Of a DNA stretch of 64,000 nucleotides, positions 23,151 through 37,086 are shown piece by piece. The translations under genes were made by a program, and so were the position numbers. Every line of letters begins with the position of its first letter. Position 1 is the first letter of the stretch. This DNA is from Euprymna scolopes (taxonomy: Eukaryota): NCBI GenBank assembly GCA_053919585.1, contig CM132786.1; one strand, written 5' to 3'. A model generated the notes under the pieces. That model did not search any database, was not told the DNA's origin, and worked only from the letters and a program-made list of their open reading frames with translations.

Positions 23151-25841
23151 AATACTACATAAATGATACTTTTCGAGCAATACCTGAAAATAAAATTCTT
23201 TAAATATTCCAATTACAGTAACTAAATAATTAGGTGTTTATTTTACATATATAGTATGAATGTACGACTTTCCTCTCCATTTATTCATCTGCAGGGACTT
23301 ATTTTATGTTTCGACGCCAATGTATACAAGACAATTATAATTAAGTTCTATTCGCGAACTTTTCGTTTCCTTGTTCAATATTTCCTCTTGAGGAGATAGA
23401 TCAATTACTTGTATATTGATTATACAATTCGATAGTACTTCTCAACAAAAGGTTGTCTGTCGTTCTACATACGAAATATGCATAAAGTGATTGCTATTTT
23501 TACAGTAGGTTTTACCTATAAAGCTGCATTGTTTGGTTGTGAATATGTAAATCGCTCAGCGGGTCAGCTTTTAGTTCGCAAGTTTTGCAGTAGATACTAC
23601 AAACTAGCGCAATTTCTTCCGTTTTTCTCGAAATTTCTTCACTATTTTTTGCGCAATCGGTTGCTAGTGAGGTCTGTCACGTAGTCTAAGCGTATAGGGT
23701 AGGCTAAGATATAGACACCAAACACAGGTAGGGGTAGATTATGGCTAGGAAATAACTAGATAATGAAACTTAGTCTTGAAGCACGAATAAGAATTTTTTT
23801 AAACTCGCAATATCTTTTTTGTGCTAAGACCTAGTGTTACATGATAAGGGCTGTCCCCTTTTCATGTAAGTATAAAAATACAGAGATTTAGTTAAAATGA
23901 AAATTAAATGAGAGAAAGCAGGAATCGAACCCTGGAGATAAGTTTTAAAGAACAATAGGTGTAAATGGAATGTTCAGTAAATTGTTGATTCTGATGAAAA
24001 AAATAATAAATAAACTATCATTGTTAGAAAGAATGTGGATAATAAAATATGGGTTAAATGAATTAGATATGTAGGTGAATTCCTTTGTGAAAACAACAAA
24101 GAAAAAATGGGAAATCAGAATGTTCGGAAACGTGCAGGTAGCGCATGTTGATGGCACGTGAATTGTGGTCATGTTGGCCGGACATGCATGGATTTCTCAA
24201 TATAGGAAGTGAGAGTTAGAGTAGTCAGAAGAAGGGAGGCAGAGAGTCAGAGTCAGGCGAGAGTTTGACCAGGGAAGAGAAGGTTCAGTTCGAATCTTGG
24301 CCTCTGGAAGCGAGAGGGATTTAAACAGAAAAAGATGTAAAGAAAGAACCTTTGAATTTCTGAATGCAAAGCCATTGACCGGTCAAGGGAAGAATAAATG
24401 CTCATCATGTTTTTTTTCGTAACTGCCGTCTCCTGTGTCCATCATTACATGAAAAAGGTATTGTCTATTTATGTGTAAAAACCATTTGAAATTCATCATC
24501 TAAAAAATATATGTGTTAGAAAGTATATGTGTCTATTTATGTTATACAAACACTCCCGTTCATACGAACTGTCAAAGCATAAATGCCAACCTGTCAATCC
24601 ATCGGCATAAATGCCAACCTATCGGTCTGTCTATCTAGATATGAAAACACCTTCTCAAAATGTATTTATATGCAATCTCTCATTTATAAACTCTCACTCT
24701 CTCTTTATATACACCTGTTAATGTTACCATATCTCAGATCTCTTACTTCCCTGAACACTCTTAAGACTCTAATCTCTCCTAAGACTGTCTATCACTCTAA
24801 GACTTTCTAATACAAACAATAACACTAAATAAGAACTCATGTAACATACGCGCACAAGTGGTACCTTCGTCTAATAATAACACCCTTACGTAACACTAGA
24901 TAAGCGATCATCTACATTAGATTTAGGAGTTAATTTTGTACCGTAAGCAAAATAGTCCTCTTTAGATGTCATCTCTTCATATGCGGCATCATCTAAGCTT
25001 GCTGTTGCATGAGTAAAAGATTCCATCAGAATTTAGGTACTTTTTTGGATTAGAATGTTCGAACCATTTTCCATCGATCTTGTTAACAGGTTGGAAACAT
25101 ATTTTTTCTTATAAATCTAGAATGATAGTAATTAAAATTTTCTTCGAAAAAAATATTTAATTAAGAATAGAATTGTTGCAAAAATTAGGCAAAGTTACTT
25201 TAAAGATGTAAAGAGTATTTTTTACCGTTGCACCACATGCTCCGGATCCTAGATCCAGAAAATCAGTGAGATTTTTGTCATCAATGCTCTTCAAAATGCT
25301 GCCATAGAAAAGTATGTCATTTGGGTAAATCTCAGTTAATAATCTAATGGTATTTTCTGTCAATTTCTTAATAAAGATCAAAATGAGTGTCTAACAGAAT
25401 GAATTGGTGAATATATTATGGGAAGTACATGGATCAATACGTGATCAGAATTTAACGACTAAACTATTGAAAGCACAATGATCGCTCATTTTTTTAATGA
25501 AATACTTGGGCAGCTAACAAAGTAAATGGACTCGATTCTATCGTAAGATATTACCACGAAATTAAGTAAAATATATACCATAGATTTTTTTCGTCTCATT
25601 AGAAAAACGGTGAAAAGTTGTCGAAAACAAACATTCAGACAGTATATAGACGTATGAATCTTCTACTTGTCCTTTAATGTGAGTTTTTGTACTTGGCTAT
25701 GTTTTACTAATAAATTTGGTTCGATTTAATTTTCATATCACTTAGTAGGTGCACCCATAGAGAATATTCCAAAATAGTAAAAAAAAAAAATCCGTGTCGC
25801 TGTAAAAAACTGATTCGATTTGTTTCACGGCATATTCATTT

Positions 25842-26165
25842 TATTGGACAGTTTATCCTGGCCAAAACTAAAAATAGAATGGTCATTCTTTTGAGTAAAA
25901 CAAGTTGAATTTCAAATTATTCGCTGTAAATAGACAATTTGTAAAAACACGTAATGTATTAATATTTTATATAGTTTTAATTCCTACATGAATTAACAAA
26001 CGCTGTCCAGGTTGTTGCTTATATACTTATATACTTATATACTTATATACTTATATACTATAGATTTTGGTAGTCATGAGCAAAACAAAGAAACGTTCAT
26101 CAAGTCTAAAAATGCCCAGTAAAAAATAAAAATATAAAACGATGTTTGATAAGAAGAATCTCTCT

Positions 26166-26205
<40 letters not shown>

Positions 26206-27053
26206 TTTTTTTTTTTTTTTTTGCACACTCTCCTTTTTTTCTTAATCATTTTCATGATTTAGTGACATAACTTCCGGGTCATCAGTACAAAATTAATAAA
26301 TTTCCGACCTCAGATTTCTGCCCAATCAAACGCTTTCGGAATTCGATATCTTCTTCATGTGATTTTATGTTTTATTTTTTTATTTTTTTCATTTTTAAAA
26401 TGTTGCTTCCTATTTGAAGTGTTGGAATCAAAATTTGCCTTTGAACTGCCGAAAACCATTATATCTTTGTGCAAAAAAAACAGGTTTCCTTCAGCTTAAA
26501 ACGTTCGCGGTGCACGCAAAAACGACATTCAATTTTCCCGTTTCACCGTCAGTAGGAAATCAGTATTTCATGTGAATTAACCATACGTTCAAACGACGCC
26601 GATTCAAAAACAATGCTCTCGCTAGTGAAAGAAATACCGATTTTATATGCTCAAATTCGACCGCATCTTTATTTGCATATGTCATTTTTTCTTTTCCTAT
26701 CGGTCAGGTTTCGAATTCGAGTGGCGGTAACTTTGCTCAATGCACATACGTCACTCTTGGACGCTTGTTTCCATTACAGTTCTCACAGTATTGTAATGGA
26801 AAAAATTATAGTTTAATTAAATCTGTAATTGATTTATTTACTTCCATATTATTTATCTATAATTAGTTTTGTTTTATATTGTCGAAGGCAATACAGTGTA
26901 GTTTTATCTGTATTATTATGTTTATTATTTTAATTAATTTTTACAGCGCTTGTTTAATTGTAAGATAATATATGCTTATATTAAATAATATATATTTTAT
27001 TATTATGGACATATGTATATGTTTTTATGTACTTAATCGTAGATAAAATACTT
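25842..27053. repeat. ~1.2 kb direct-repeat unit, copy 1
   Basis: Colinear similarity with 30440-31662 throughout, including the internal (CT)n tract. Confidence 0.93.
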
Positions 27054-27489
27054 TTAAATATGCACACATATATATATAATATACATGTATATATGAATCG
27101 TTCATTCGTTATTAATAGTCTAAATGACCACTAGACCGATAGCTTCGGCATTTTGGTATAATATGTTTACTGTAACAATGCGTGTTTTTATATATCTCTT
27201 TTTAATTATAACATTATACTTAATTTTCTTTAATAAATAGGTGGATTTCTTTGTAAGGATTTGGTCATTTGTTTATTCAGGGACATATATTTATCATCGC
27301 CCGCCATCACGTGACATCACTAAAAGGAACTTTTATATAATAAACTGACTGTTTTCGTTTAAAAATCGAATTGTTTCCATTTCGTTAATATTTTTTTTTG
27401 GTATTTCGTGTTTTATATATATAAAGTACAATTGCTGAATGTTATTCTTTTGATTATATTGGTTTGAGGGCACGATTAAGAAAACGATT

Positions 27490-27832
27490 TAAACGAAGCG
27501 AAATTTAATTTTTCGTTCAATTTTTACAACAACCGTAAAACAGCACATACTTCGCAAGTTTTATCGTAAGTTACTGAGCGACCCATGAAAATCTGGTAGC
27601 TGAGTGTCAAATATACTTAAAATATTGAAAAAAAAATAGAACCTCTACCAAACATACTGGCAATAACGGAACGAAATTTAATTGTTCGTTCCATTTTTAC
27701 AACAGCCGTAAAACAGCGCGTACTTCGAAAGTTTTATCGTAAGTTACCGAGCGACCCATAAAAATCTGGTAGCTGAGCGTCAAATTTTCCTAAAATATTG
27801 TGAAAAAATAGAACCTCTCCCAAACATATTTG
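27490..27832. repeat. Tandem duplication of a ~175-bp unit (2 copies)
   Basis: CGAAATTTAATT.TTCGTTC...AGTTTTATCGTAAGTTAC.GAGCGACCCAT...AATAGAACCTCT.CCAAACATA seen twice in a row. Confidence 0.92.
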
Positions 27833-28552
27833 CAATATTTAGTTTGGTCCTTCCATTGAGTGTTTCCAATAAGGGGCATTGATTTACTAGGATTTGTATT
27901 AGAAACTGAGCATTTATTAAAATTATTTAATTGTTGAATCTTTTGCATTTTGATTAAATTTGTTAGTTTGCATCGCTGATAGCCCACTCAAAATATTGAA
28001 CAAAAGAACAAATTAAAAACAATGGTACTCATGCAGAATTTAACCCCGCCCGGATTGCAATTATGGGTAGGGTTCGACTGGCAATCACCGGATTCAGCCA
28101 AGCGTTGTTCGAATGTTGAAATACTAAATTAACATTTTATTTATTTTTTGCATAATTAATCAATGATGGAGGTATTTTTTCTGTTCACAAAATAAGAATT
28201 TGTACATGCTCTTGAAAAAAAATCAAGCATTTCTCTACTTTCACCTATTTACATACATAAGTCCATATAAAGCATTCATCGTTTCTTTTTATAATAAAGA
28301 TTCTGTTTTCAAAAAGAAACATTTACTGCCAACTTTCTTTTTAAAAAAAAGTGCAAGTTTTCCTGAAAAAAAAAACTTTCACCTAACAATTTATGGTAAA
28401 AAATTATCTTTTCTTGGGAAAACAACTTTTATTGATAAAAAAAACAGCAAAAAATAATAAAAATAAATAAAAATACAAAATGCAATTTTTCTTGAGGAAT
28501 ATGTTCCATTTTAACAAACTGAGCCACATCAACGCGTGGCTGGGTACAACTC

Positions 28553-28609
<57 letters not shown>

Positions 28610-29039
28610 AATATTAGAAAGATGCTGACATTGCCTGCCATTTCCTGGCCGTAAAATACGATTAAATATGGTATTTTAATTGAAGCGGATTTCGTAATGA
28701 TTCTTAGAGAGTCAATACTCTATTGATTTATATATTGCATTTTATATTTTAGTGTTGTCAAAATAAAAAAAACACAACGCTTTACTTGGGTGCAATCAGC
28801 TAAAATTGAAATTAAAACCTTAGTCATTACCATTTGAGTTATCGCCAGATTGAAAAATAGTGAAAAATGAACCAAATTAAACATATAAATTATTTGTTGT
28901 ACAGTTATATTTGCTAAGGACGAAATTTAATTCGTTACACAGTTTTCTAACACCTACATATCACGTTTTAAGTTTGTAGACCAAAAATCGGCAGAGGAGT
29001 TAGATAGACACCGTTCCTAAAACAGCAAGAAAAACGAAG

Positions 29040-29081
<42 letters not shown>

Positions 29082-29639
29082 GGGGGTCTTATATATCACT
29101 TATATATACATATCTCTGAATATATATTTCTTATAAATCAATAGACACTCGTTATTATTATTTATTTCAAATTATTATATTTTATTAGCATGACTTACGT
29201 ACACTTGTTATGGCCCAAACCTGGTAAAATTATAATTATGTAAACTGTGCAGAAATCATATAACTATATACGAGCTATACATCGAAATGATTGTACGCAT
29301 GTTATGCTACTAAAATCTAACGATTTGAAATAAATAATAATTTGTAAGACAGTGAAATGTAAGAAATATTTCAGTTATATCGTTGCACTATTAAGCTATT
29401 TAAACATACTTTTGAGGTGTGTTTATATATATTTAAATACTATTACTAGTAGCAAAACTGTTCAAAAACATATATGTATATATATATATATATGTGTGTG
29501 TGTGGGTGTGTGGGTGTGTGTGTGTGTGTGTTCTTAATATTAAAAGCTTTGTTTCGATGACTTTTGGCGTATAACAAATAAGATCCAATATAGTTTTCTA
29601 TTAAGTATCGATTCAGCAGCTTTATAATAATGGGTGATT

Positions 29640-30160
29640 GCAGCTGTGGGGGACTATGAATGAAATATTGTCAGGACCATTTGCTTTGGTTGCATCGAGG
29701 TTTTTGATGACTGTTGCAACATAACAAACAGAGATTTGGATGTTGCTCCAATTAATTTAGGTCTTGGGCGGAACTTCAGAAAATAGGTTGCGCTAATCAC
29801 ATAGAATTGAGGTTGATGTACAGTTTTTGGCAGGGAATTTGGCTTTTTTAGATGCTGACGAAATCACTTAAGGCTGTATGATAGTGGTCAGAGTAATGGA
29901 CACAGATCGGTTCCTGACCTATTTTTTTATTCGCCAAAAGTCATCCAAACAAAGATTTTGTTCCTCTATTTTGAATTTAATAGATTGAATATATGACTCT
30001 CTGGCGTTTTCTATAATCTTTTTAAAAAGACTACTGGTAGTTTTAAATGCGATTGTAGTTTCAAAATATCTATTACGTTTAAAGCAATTGAAGAAGCGGT
30101 TTTAGGTGCAATAGTAGCCGAACAGTAAGCTGTGTACCATGGTTTTGTTTCCATTTCTGC
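29640..30160 (-). mobile_element. Highly degenerate LINE ORF2 fragment (tether region before RT)
   Basis: Minus-strand translation gives KPWYTAYCSATIA and LDATKANGPDNI, matching PQWFASTCAAAL and LHTAKACGPD in the 52.5-53 kb LINE. Confidence 0.65.
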
Positions 30161-30439
30161 TTATAGATGTTTACACTGATGGTTGCCTTATTCCGCCATA
30201 TAATAACGTGTCGAAACGAGAAGTCACCTTCAGAAATCTGGTTTAGTTTTTTTTTTCATTTCTAGGAAACATCATGCTCAGAGATTTTACTATTAGTTGC
30301 GCTCACGCTCGTTCGAACACACAACCCTATCTAAATAAATAAGTACCACGCCAATAGAACGAAAATTACAAATAAAGACTGTAGATTTTGAACAAAAAAA
30401 ATAATCAGTATTCTTTCAGGTATGTTTACTATTGATTTA

Positions 30440-31662
30440 TATTGGACATTTTATCCTGACGAAAACTTAGAATAGAATAATCATTATTTTGGGTGAAACA
30501 AGTTGGATTTCAGATTATTCACTGCAAATAGACAATTTGTAAAAACACGTAAGGTATAATTATTTTGTATAGTTTTATTTCCTACATGAATAACAAATTG
30601 CAGTCTACCTTGTGGCTTATATGCTCAAATACTATAGATTTTGGTATTCATGAGCAAAACAAAAAACGTTCAAGTCTAAATATGCCCAGTAAAAAATAAA
30701 AATATAAAACGATTTTTAATAAGGATAATCACAAGAATTCAATCTCTCTCTCTCTCTCGCTCGCTCGCTCTCTTTCTCTTTCGGTCTCTCTATCTCCTGC
30801 TCTGTTTCTATGACCATCTTATTTTCTTAATCATTTTCATGATGTAGTGACATAACTTCCGGATCATCAGTATAAAATTCATAAACTTCCAACTTTTGCT
30901 TTCTGACCAATAAAACGTTTTCGGATTCCGATATCCTTTTCAAATGATTTTATGCTCTATTATTTTCATCCAATGTTAAAATATTGCTTTGTATTTGAAG
31001 TGTCGAAATTAAAATGTGCTTTGAATTGCCGAATTCCGATATAGGTTCGTACAAATTTTTTTTTTCCTTCAGTTTATAACGTCCACGGCACACGCAAAAA
31101 CACATTCTTTTTTTCCTGTTTTACCGTTCGTAGAAAATCAGTGTTTCTTTCTTTCCATTGACACGTGAACTAACCGTACGTTCAAACGACGCCGAGTCAA
31201 AAAAAATGTTTTCGCTAATGAAAGAAATTCCAGCATTTTATATGCTCAAATTCGACCGCATCTTCATTTGCATATGGCATCTTTTCGTTTCCTATCGATC
31301 GGGTTTCGAGTTCGAGTTCGAGTGTCGGTAACTTTTCAGAATGCACATACGTCACTCTTGGACGCTTGTTTCCATTACAGTTCTCACGGTATTTTAAGGG
31401 AAAGAAAAATAGTAATGCAATTAAATCTGTAATTGATTTATGTATTTGTATATATTTTATCTGTTGATTGCTTTTGTTTTATATTGTCCAAGACAATACA
31501 GCGTAGTTTCATCTTTAATATCATGTTTATTATTTTTATTAATGTTTACAGCGCTTGTTTAATCATAAGATAATATATACATATATTCATATTTAATAAA
31601 TATTTGAATTATTATCGACATACGTATATGTTTTTATATACTCATTCATAGATAAAATACTT
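30440..31662. repeat. ~1.2 kb direct-repeat unit, copy 2
   Basis: Colinear similarity with 25842-27053. Confidence 0.93.
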
Positions 31663-31678
31663 ATCAACAAGCACCCAC

Positions 31679-31724
<46 letters not shown>

Positions 31725-34379
31725 TTTCATATGGTTGTTAATGTGTGCACATGCCACCACTACACACATTGGAAAGCAGGAGGACTGGCTTAACCTTCTA
31801 TCTACATACAGCATCACTCATCTGACAGTGGCTAGATCAGCGTTGCCGTACTTCCATGATCTGAAAAGAACTGGTGTGACAGCAGAGTTGTATCAGACGT
31901 GCTCGAAAAATCCAGGAGGGGTCGATATCAGAATCCATCTTGTTCTGGTCTGTTTGTTGCAAGCAAGACATATCAGGCGCAGAATCGCAAATGAATGCAG
32001 TGACAGTGATATTCCTGCTTTTACGCCATACCTTCGTGTGTTTGTGCTGAATCCTCTACGACTTAGAATGCAGCCGTTAAACCTTCTGTTTTCGATATTA
32101 CTTAAAATCCTGCTGCGAATAATGACGAGGATCATATAAAACAGAAAATCCTGGATCTTTGTGAGCGCCATGCAAAGGTTGAATCGCCTAACAACCCAGC
32201 AAGCAATCTTTAAATTCAATATAACCAATTAGTTTTTTTAAAGCATATCAATAACGTATCAACTTTTCTTCCAATTTACTATTTGCAATTATCTCATTAA
32301 CTTTAAGTCGCTTTTCACTCTGATAGATTATAAATAATAATTAGGAAACAAAATAATATGAAGTGATTTTAAATAAAAGATTCCAAGAGAGTGCAGAAAT
32401 AGGATGTTTCAAATGACATAATTAAAAAGATATGAAGTTATGAATTGAAGAATTTAAACCTATATTTTATGAAAACATTTTTACAAACATTTGAATTGAA
32501 GAATTAAAATCCATATTTTATGAAAACATTTTTATGTTGAAATGGTATTGTATATTAAGTTTCACGTCGCTTTCAACCGTAATGAAGCAGAAAGCTAGCA
32601 TGCTTACTAAGCATTATCAGTCTCTTTGTAGAGTCGTTTCATAGCACAGCCTTACATGAGGATGTTTTCTGTCTACAAGTAAACTTTAACCAAATACTAG
32701 TCTATACACCATTTATCAAGGGCTTGAGGTTACTTGAAGATAAGAGTTAATGAGTGTATAATGGCCACTGAGATAAAAGAATAGTGATCATTTGGTGAAA
32801 ATTGGGTATAATTTAATTATTTAAGCGGGAACATAATATTCAAAGCCCAAATAACACCGCATAAACATTGATACACACCGTTCAATAACGCATACAACAT
32901 ACAGCAAGTAACAACAGTAAATACACATCTCGAATAAGCAAATTCTCGTCTTGGCATCTGGCCAGAATCTAAGAAAAAAATAGGTGGTCATTTGGGAAAA
33001 ATAACATTCTCTGCTGCTATATTAACTCATTATTTAAGAGATAGGCAAAGTATAGATCTTATAATCAACTAAAGTGTTAGTGTTATGAAATAGGTAGAAC
33101 ATAATAAAGTATCTTATATCGATCAATTTGTCTAACTTTGTAGCTATTTATCTATCTATCGATCTAGCTATCTGTCCATCTTGATCTATTTATCTATCAA
33201 ACTGGAGAGTTAGACAAGGGATGGATATGATGAGTATTTATTAAACCTGTCAAAATATGAAAAGCTAGATAATAGACGAAGTTACCGGAAGGTCTGGTCA
33301 GCTGATCGGATTTACGTGTATGTTATGTGAGCCACGTGATCAGGTTAGCTGGAGATTATCGAAGAGTTGTAACTCAGGGATTGAAGCAGAGCGGTTGGGC
33401 TTTACGGTTGTCTCTCCTCCCCTCTTGGGAGGGGGTGACGTGTCTCTCAATGTAGACTGTTAAGACCACAAGCAAATGAAACTCACTTTCTATTCTTCTG
33501 CTTGAAATCCTGGAACGTTAAATAAAAAAAATAATATGAAACCAATCATCGTCTTCGGGGGGTGGGTCAATGTGTTTCGTCCAAAAGATCCTAGCCCCCT
33601 CCAAGAACAAGATGAAGTCAGGATTGACCAGGTTTAGTAAGCAGAGAAGATAAATGCATGTCGAAAATATACATAGGACACACACACCCACTCATATGAA
33701 CAGTAGACGATCACGAAACGTAAAACGGATTCAGAAATGAAGAATCACTAATAGACATTTTGTAACACATTTAGGACACGTCACAAACACGAAACGAATA
33801 CACTCTTTTACATGGGTGCCGTTCATGTTGGATACCATAACATTACTCATTTTGGTACCGTTTTTGGTACACCATTATATAACATTAGTTCAAACAAAGC
33901 GCTTATTGATTTCTTAGAAGTAACTGCAGTAAAAAAAAATTGACATTCAAGCATATATATAAAGAAGAGAAAACCTTTTCATAGACTTTGGTTAGTTCTT
34001 ATATAATTTTGACCTAGGTGCAAGGTTTAAGTTGACCTGAGAACAAAGGTTGTCAGCAATGCATGCTTGTATTGAAATTGATTGCGTAAGATCTCTCTTA
34101 CATACCACACTCTCTTTTCACTCTACACATAGCTCTATCAATCTCTTTTATAAGGAGAGATAAAAGGATACTCGGATGTGTAACCTGTGGCTTTTTATAT
34201 CCAATGTCATGTATTTGCTTTTTCGGAAGGGCCAAATGAGTTCGTTCTTTAAAAACAGAAGTGGGATTGGTTTATACAAAGCATTTCCGTACATAAAAGC
34301 TACGAACAATCGTTTTGCATTATGTTCAATCACGTGTGATGCAAATGTTAGATCACGAGTCGAAATAACCACAACGACA

Positions 34380-34401
34380 ATACTACTACTACTACTACTA
34401 C

Positions 34402-34455
<54 letters not shown>
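34380..34455. repeat. Compound microsatellite (CTA)n(TAA)n
   Basis: Directly visible. Confidence 0.97.
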
Positions 34456-34457
<2 letters not shown>

Positions 34458-34902
34458 GTGATGATAATATATAAATGTGTGGGTAACTTGGATTATTTCA
34501 GTAATTGAATTTGGTAAGTTGCTTTATACTTAACAAAGTCGATAGCCATAAGTCGCGTGCTCTCGTGTAATGAATGAATGCGTGAATGTAGGATTGACAT
34601 GAAATTCTTAAAGATAAACTAAAATGACCGAAAAATGGGCTGAAATGACTTAAATAAATAAAAAGTAAATGACTTAGAATGATTTTAATGTAACTTAAGG
34701 ATGAATTGAATGACCTTAAGAATGACTTGAATGCTTAAAAAATAACTGAAATCCTTAAAAAAACAACTTGAATAATCTGGAGAATGACTTGAATGGCTTT
34801 GAGACTGACTGGTTGTAAAGTGGGTGATATTTTTACATTAAATTAATACAGGAAAGTGATCCCCCACTTTATACTACAATAAGTAAAGCATTTAGTAAGA
34901 CT

Positions 34903-34943
34903 AGATACTACACTTTGATCTTGGCCAAAAGGCCAAGAAAAGC
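34903..34943 (-). pseudogene. U2 snRNA 5' fragment (about first 40 nt)
   Basis: Minus strand GCTTTTCTTGGCCTTTTGGCCAAGATCAAAGTGTAGTATCT matches U2 stem-loop I and the branch-point recognition sequence GTAGTA; similarity stops there. Confidence 0.88.
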
Positions 34944-34987
34944 TGTATTTATTTGCTCGTCCACCGAGCAAATTAGGAACAAGGCCG

Positions 34988-35668
34988 ATTTTGTTTTATT
35001 ACATTTTCACCCAAAAAAAAGCACATTGCCACTTTGATGTAGGGGGCTACTATCAGGGGCAACAACTACTGGGGTACTATGTAGGGATTTGGGCAGCAAG
35101 ATGTCGGGTCACGTTGCACTTGAACTTCTATACGTCAGTACAGTTGGAGAAGCAGGGACCTGGAATGGAATTCCAAAATCTAGCGGTTCTGGGGAAGAAA
35201 CTACTGGAGTAGAAAGATCTTTTACATCTAGGGATCTCTACAGTGTGGGGGGGGGGGTTAGCAGCCTGTCGTGTTTGTCGAGGGTGTTCACGTTGTGGGG
35301 GCACAAGTGCTTGCAGTTTGTCAGAGCATTTACCATTAAAATACTTGTAGAACAGGATGAGGGATGCTACATTTCGTCGATGGGACAGAGGCTGAAGCTT
35401 AGATGCCAGTTCAGGTCATATCAGATTTGCGACTCTCTTTTGAACCTTGTCGAGGAGTGAGAGACTAGTAGCAGATGCACTAGCCCAAATGTGACAGTAA
35501 TACTCCATACATGGGCGAATGGTGGCCTTATAGAGGTACAGGATACTTTCGATTGTTAGTAGTTTTCTAGCACGGTAGAGAGAGCCCACCTTCCTTGCAG
35601 CGGCCCTAGCAATGCCTTCAATGTAATTGTTCCAACTCATGTTTTCTGTGAACGTTAGGCCAAGGTTC
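34988..35668 (-). mobile_element. LINE family A, 5'-truncated 3' end
   Basis: MSWNNYIEGIARAAARKVGSLYRARKLL... and the 3' UTR are closely similar to 53900-54579. Confidence 0.93.
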
Positions 35669-35786
35669 TTTCAGAATTATATGCATGACCTTAATATAAA
35701 GTGAAGATATATTTTATCGTCCGTGCACAAATTGGAAAAAATCGTAAGATCGATGGAGTTTAAATGTGTGAAAAATCTGTATGTAT

Positions 35787-36952
35787 ATTTTTTACAAAGG
35801 AGACACCGGAAGCCACTCGAAGATAAGGGTTAATGGCTGTACAGTTTTCAATGAGACAATATCGTTGTAATCGTTAGTAGTGAAAATTTGGTCAATTGGA
35901 TTACGTTGGCCTTGAAGACGGCCACATTGTAGTAAGCTGGAAAGCAGGGAAATGGAAGAGAGTTCTACAGGTGTGCACTTCTAAGAAGGAAGCTTTGTTC
36001 ATGGAATCTACGTTTAGGTTTAGGCAGTGGGAGAAATTATTGATAGTTGTTTCGGGTAGACGAGTGTGTTCGTGTGGGAGAATTATAGTTTGGAGCACAT
36101 ACGAGAACTTGCCATGAAAATAAGGATACAGGATCGCAACGTTTATTTTGTACGAAAGAGGGTGCAAGGAAGAGAAAAAGGCATCCTCCACTAGGCTACA
36201 AAGTCTATTTTGAACTCTGTCAAGGCAGGATAAGCTGCGTCTAGATTTCCCTGTTCAGATGTGGCAACAGTACTCCATCCTTGGCTCTTATACAGGTAGA
36301 CAATTGCATCAGTAGTGAGATATCTACTGGAGCGGTAGAATGATCCCGGACGTTGCAACGGATTTAATGCACGTGTTTCATTTCATACCAGGAGTAAAGG
36401 TCAGCCTAAAGCTTGTCAAAACATGGAGCCTCTCCAAGACGAGAACCATTCATTTCAATTGATGCAAGACGGGGATCAGAGCGTTGATGATGTAAAGATA
36501 GGAGCTCGGGTTTAGATGCATTAAAAGTAACCAGCTACCTCTTTCCCAATTATACCACGTTCTAATATAACACAAAGGAGAGAGAAATCAGAGAGAACTT
36601 GGTCATTCCCGGCACTTGAAGTGTTGTCATAGATGGTAGTGTCGTTAACATAAATGTCTACGAATGATCTTTGGGCGTGATTTGGGAGATCATTAATGTG
36701 GATCAAGAAGAGAGTTAGGCCCCTGATTAACCCTGATAGATTCCAGCATTAATATTGTGAGCTTCTGCTTTCTCCCCATCGACCACTGCTCTTATGAACC
36801 TATAAGAGAGAAATTATTTAATAATTGAGAAAACATTTTCAGCTATACTGTAGCTAGAGATCTTGTGGAGTAGACCATTTATATATCCTACCAAAGGCCT
36901 TTGATATGTCAAGAGCAATTGCCCTAGAAAGAAAACCTCCATCGAGAGATTC
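35787..36952 (-). mobile_element. LINE family B, 3' part (runs into assembly gap)
   Basis: RAIALDISKAF, INDL RT motifs; colinear with 45163-46380. Confidence 0.92.
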
Positions 36953-37086
36953 NNNNNNNNNNNNNNNNNNNNNNNNNNNNNNNNNNNNNNNNNNNNNNNN
37001 NNNNNNNNNNNNNNNNNNNNNNNNNNNNNNNNNNNNNNNNNNNNNNNNNNNNNNNNNNNNNNNNNNNNNNNNNNNNNNNNNNNNNN
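36953..37086. other. Assembly gap (N)
   Basis: Run of N. Confidence 1.

Noticed and set aside
30175-30230. CTGATGG...GAAAC...GTC hammerhead-like string (also CTGATGA...GAAA in the duplicated unit near 26250-26285, minus strand)
   Set aside because: Stems I and II do not form.
31735-32228. Overlapping 134-aa and 111-aa ORFs
   Set aside because: No recognisable domain or splice context.
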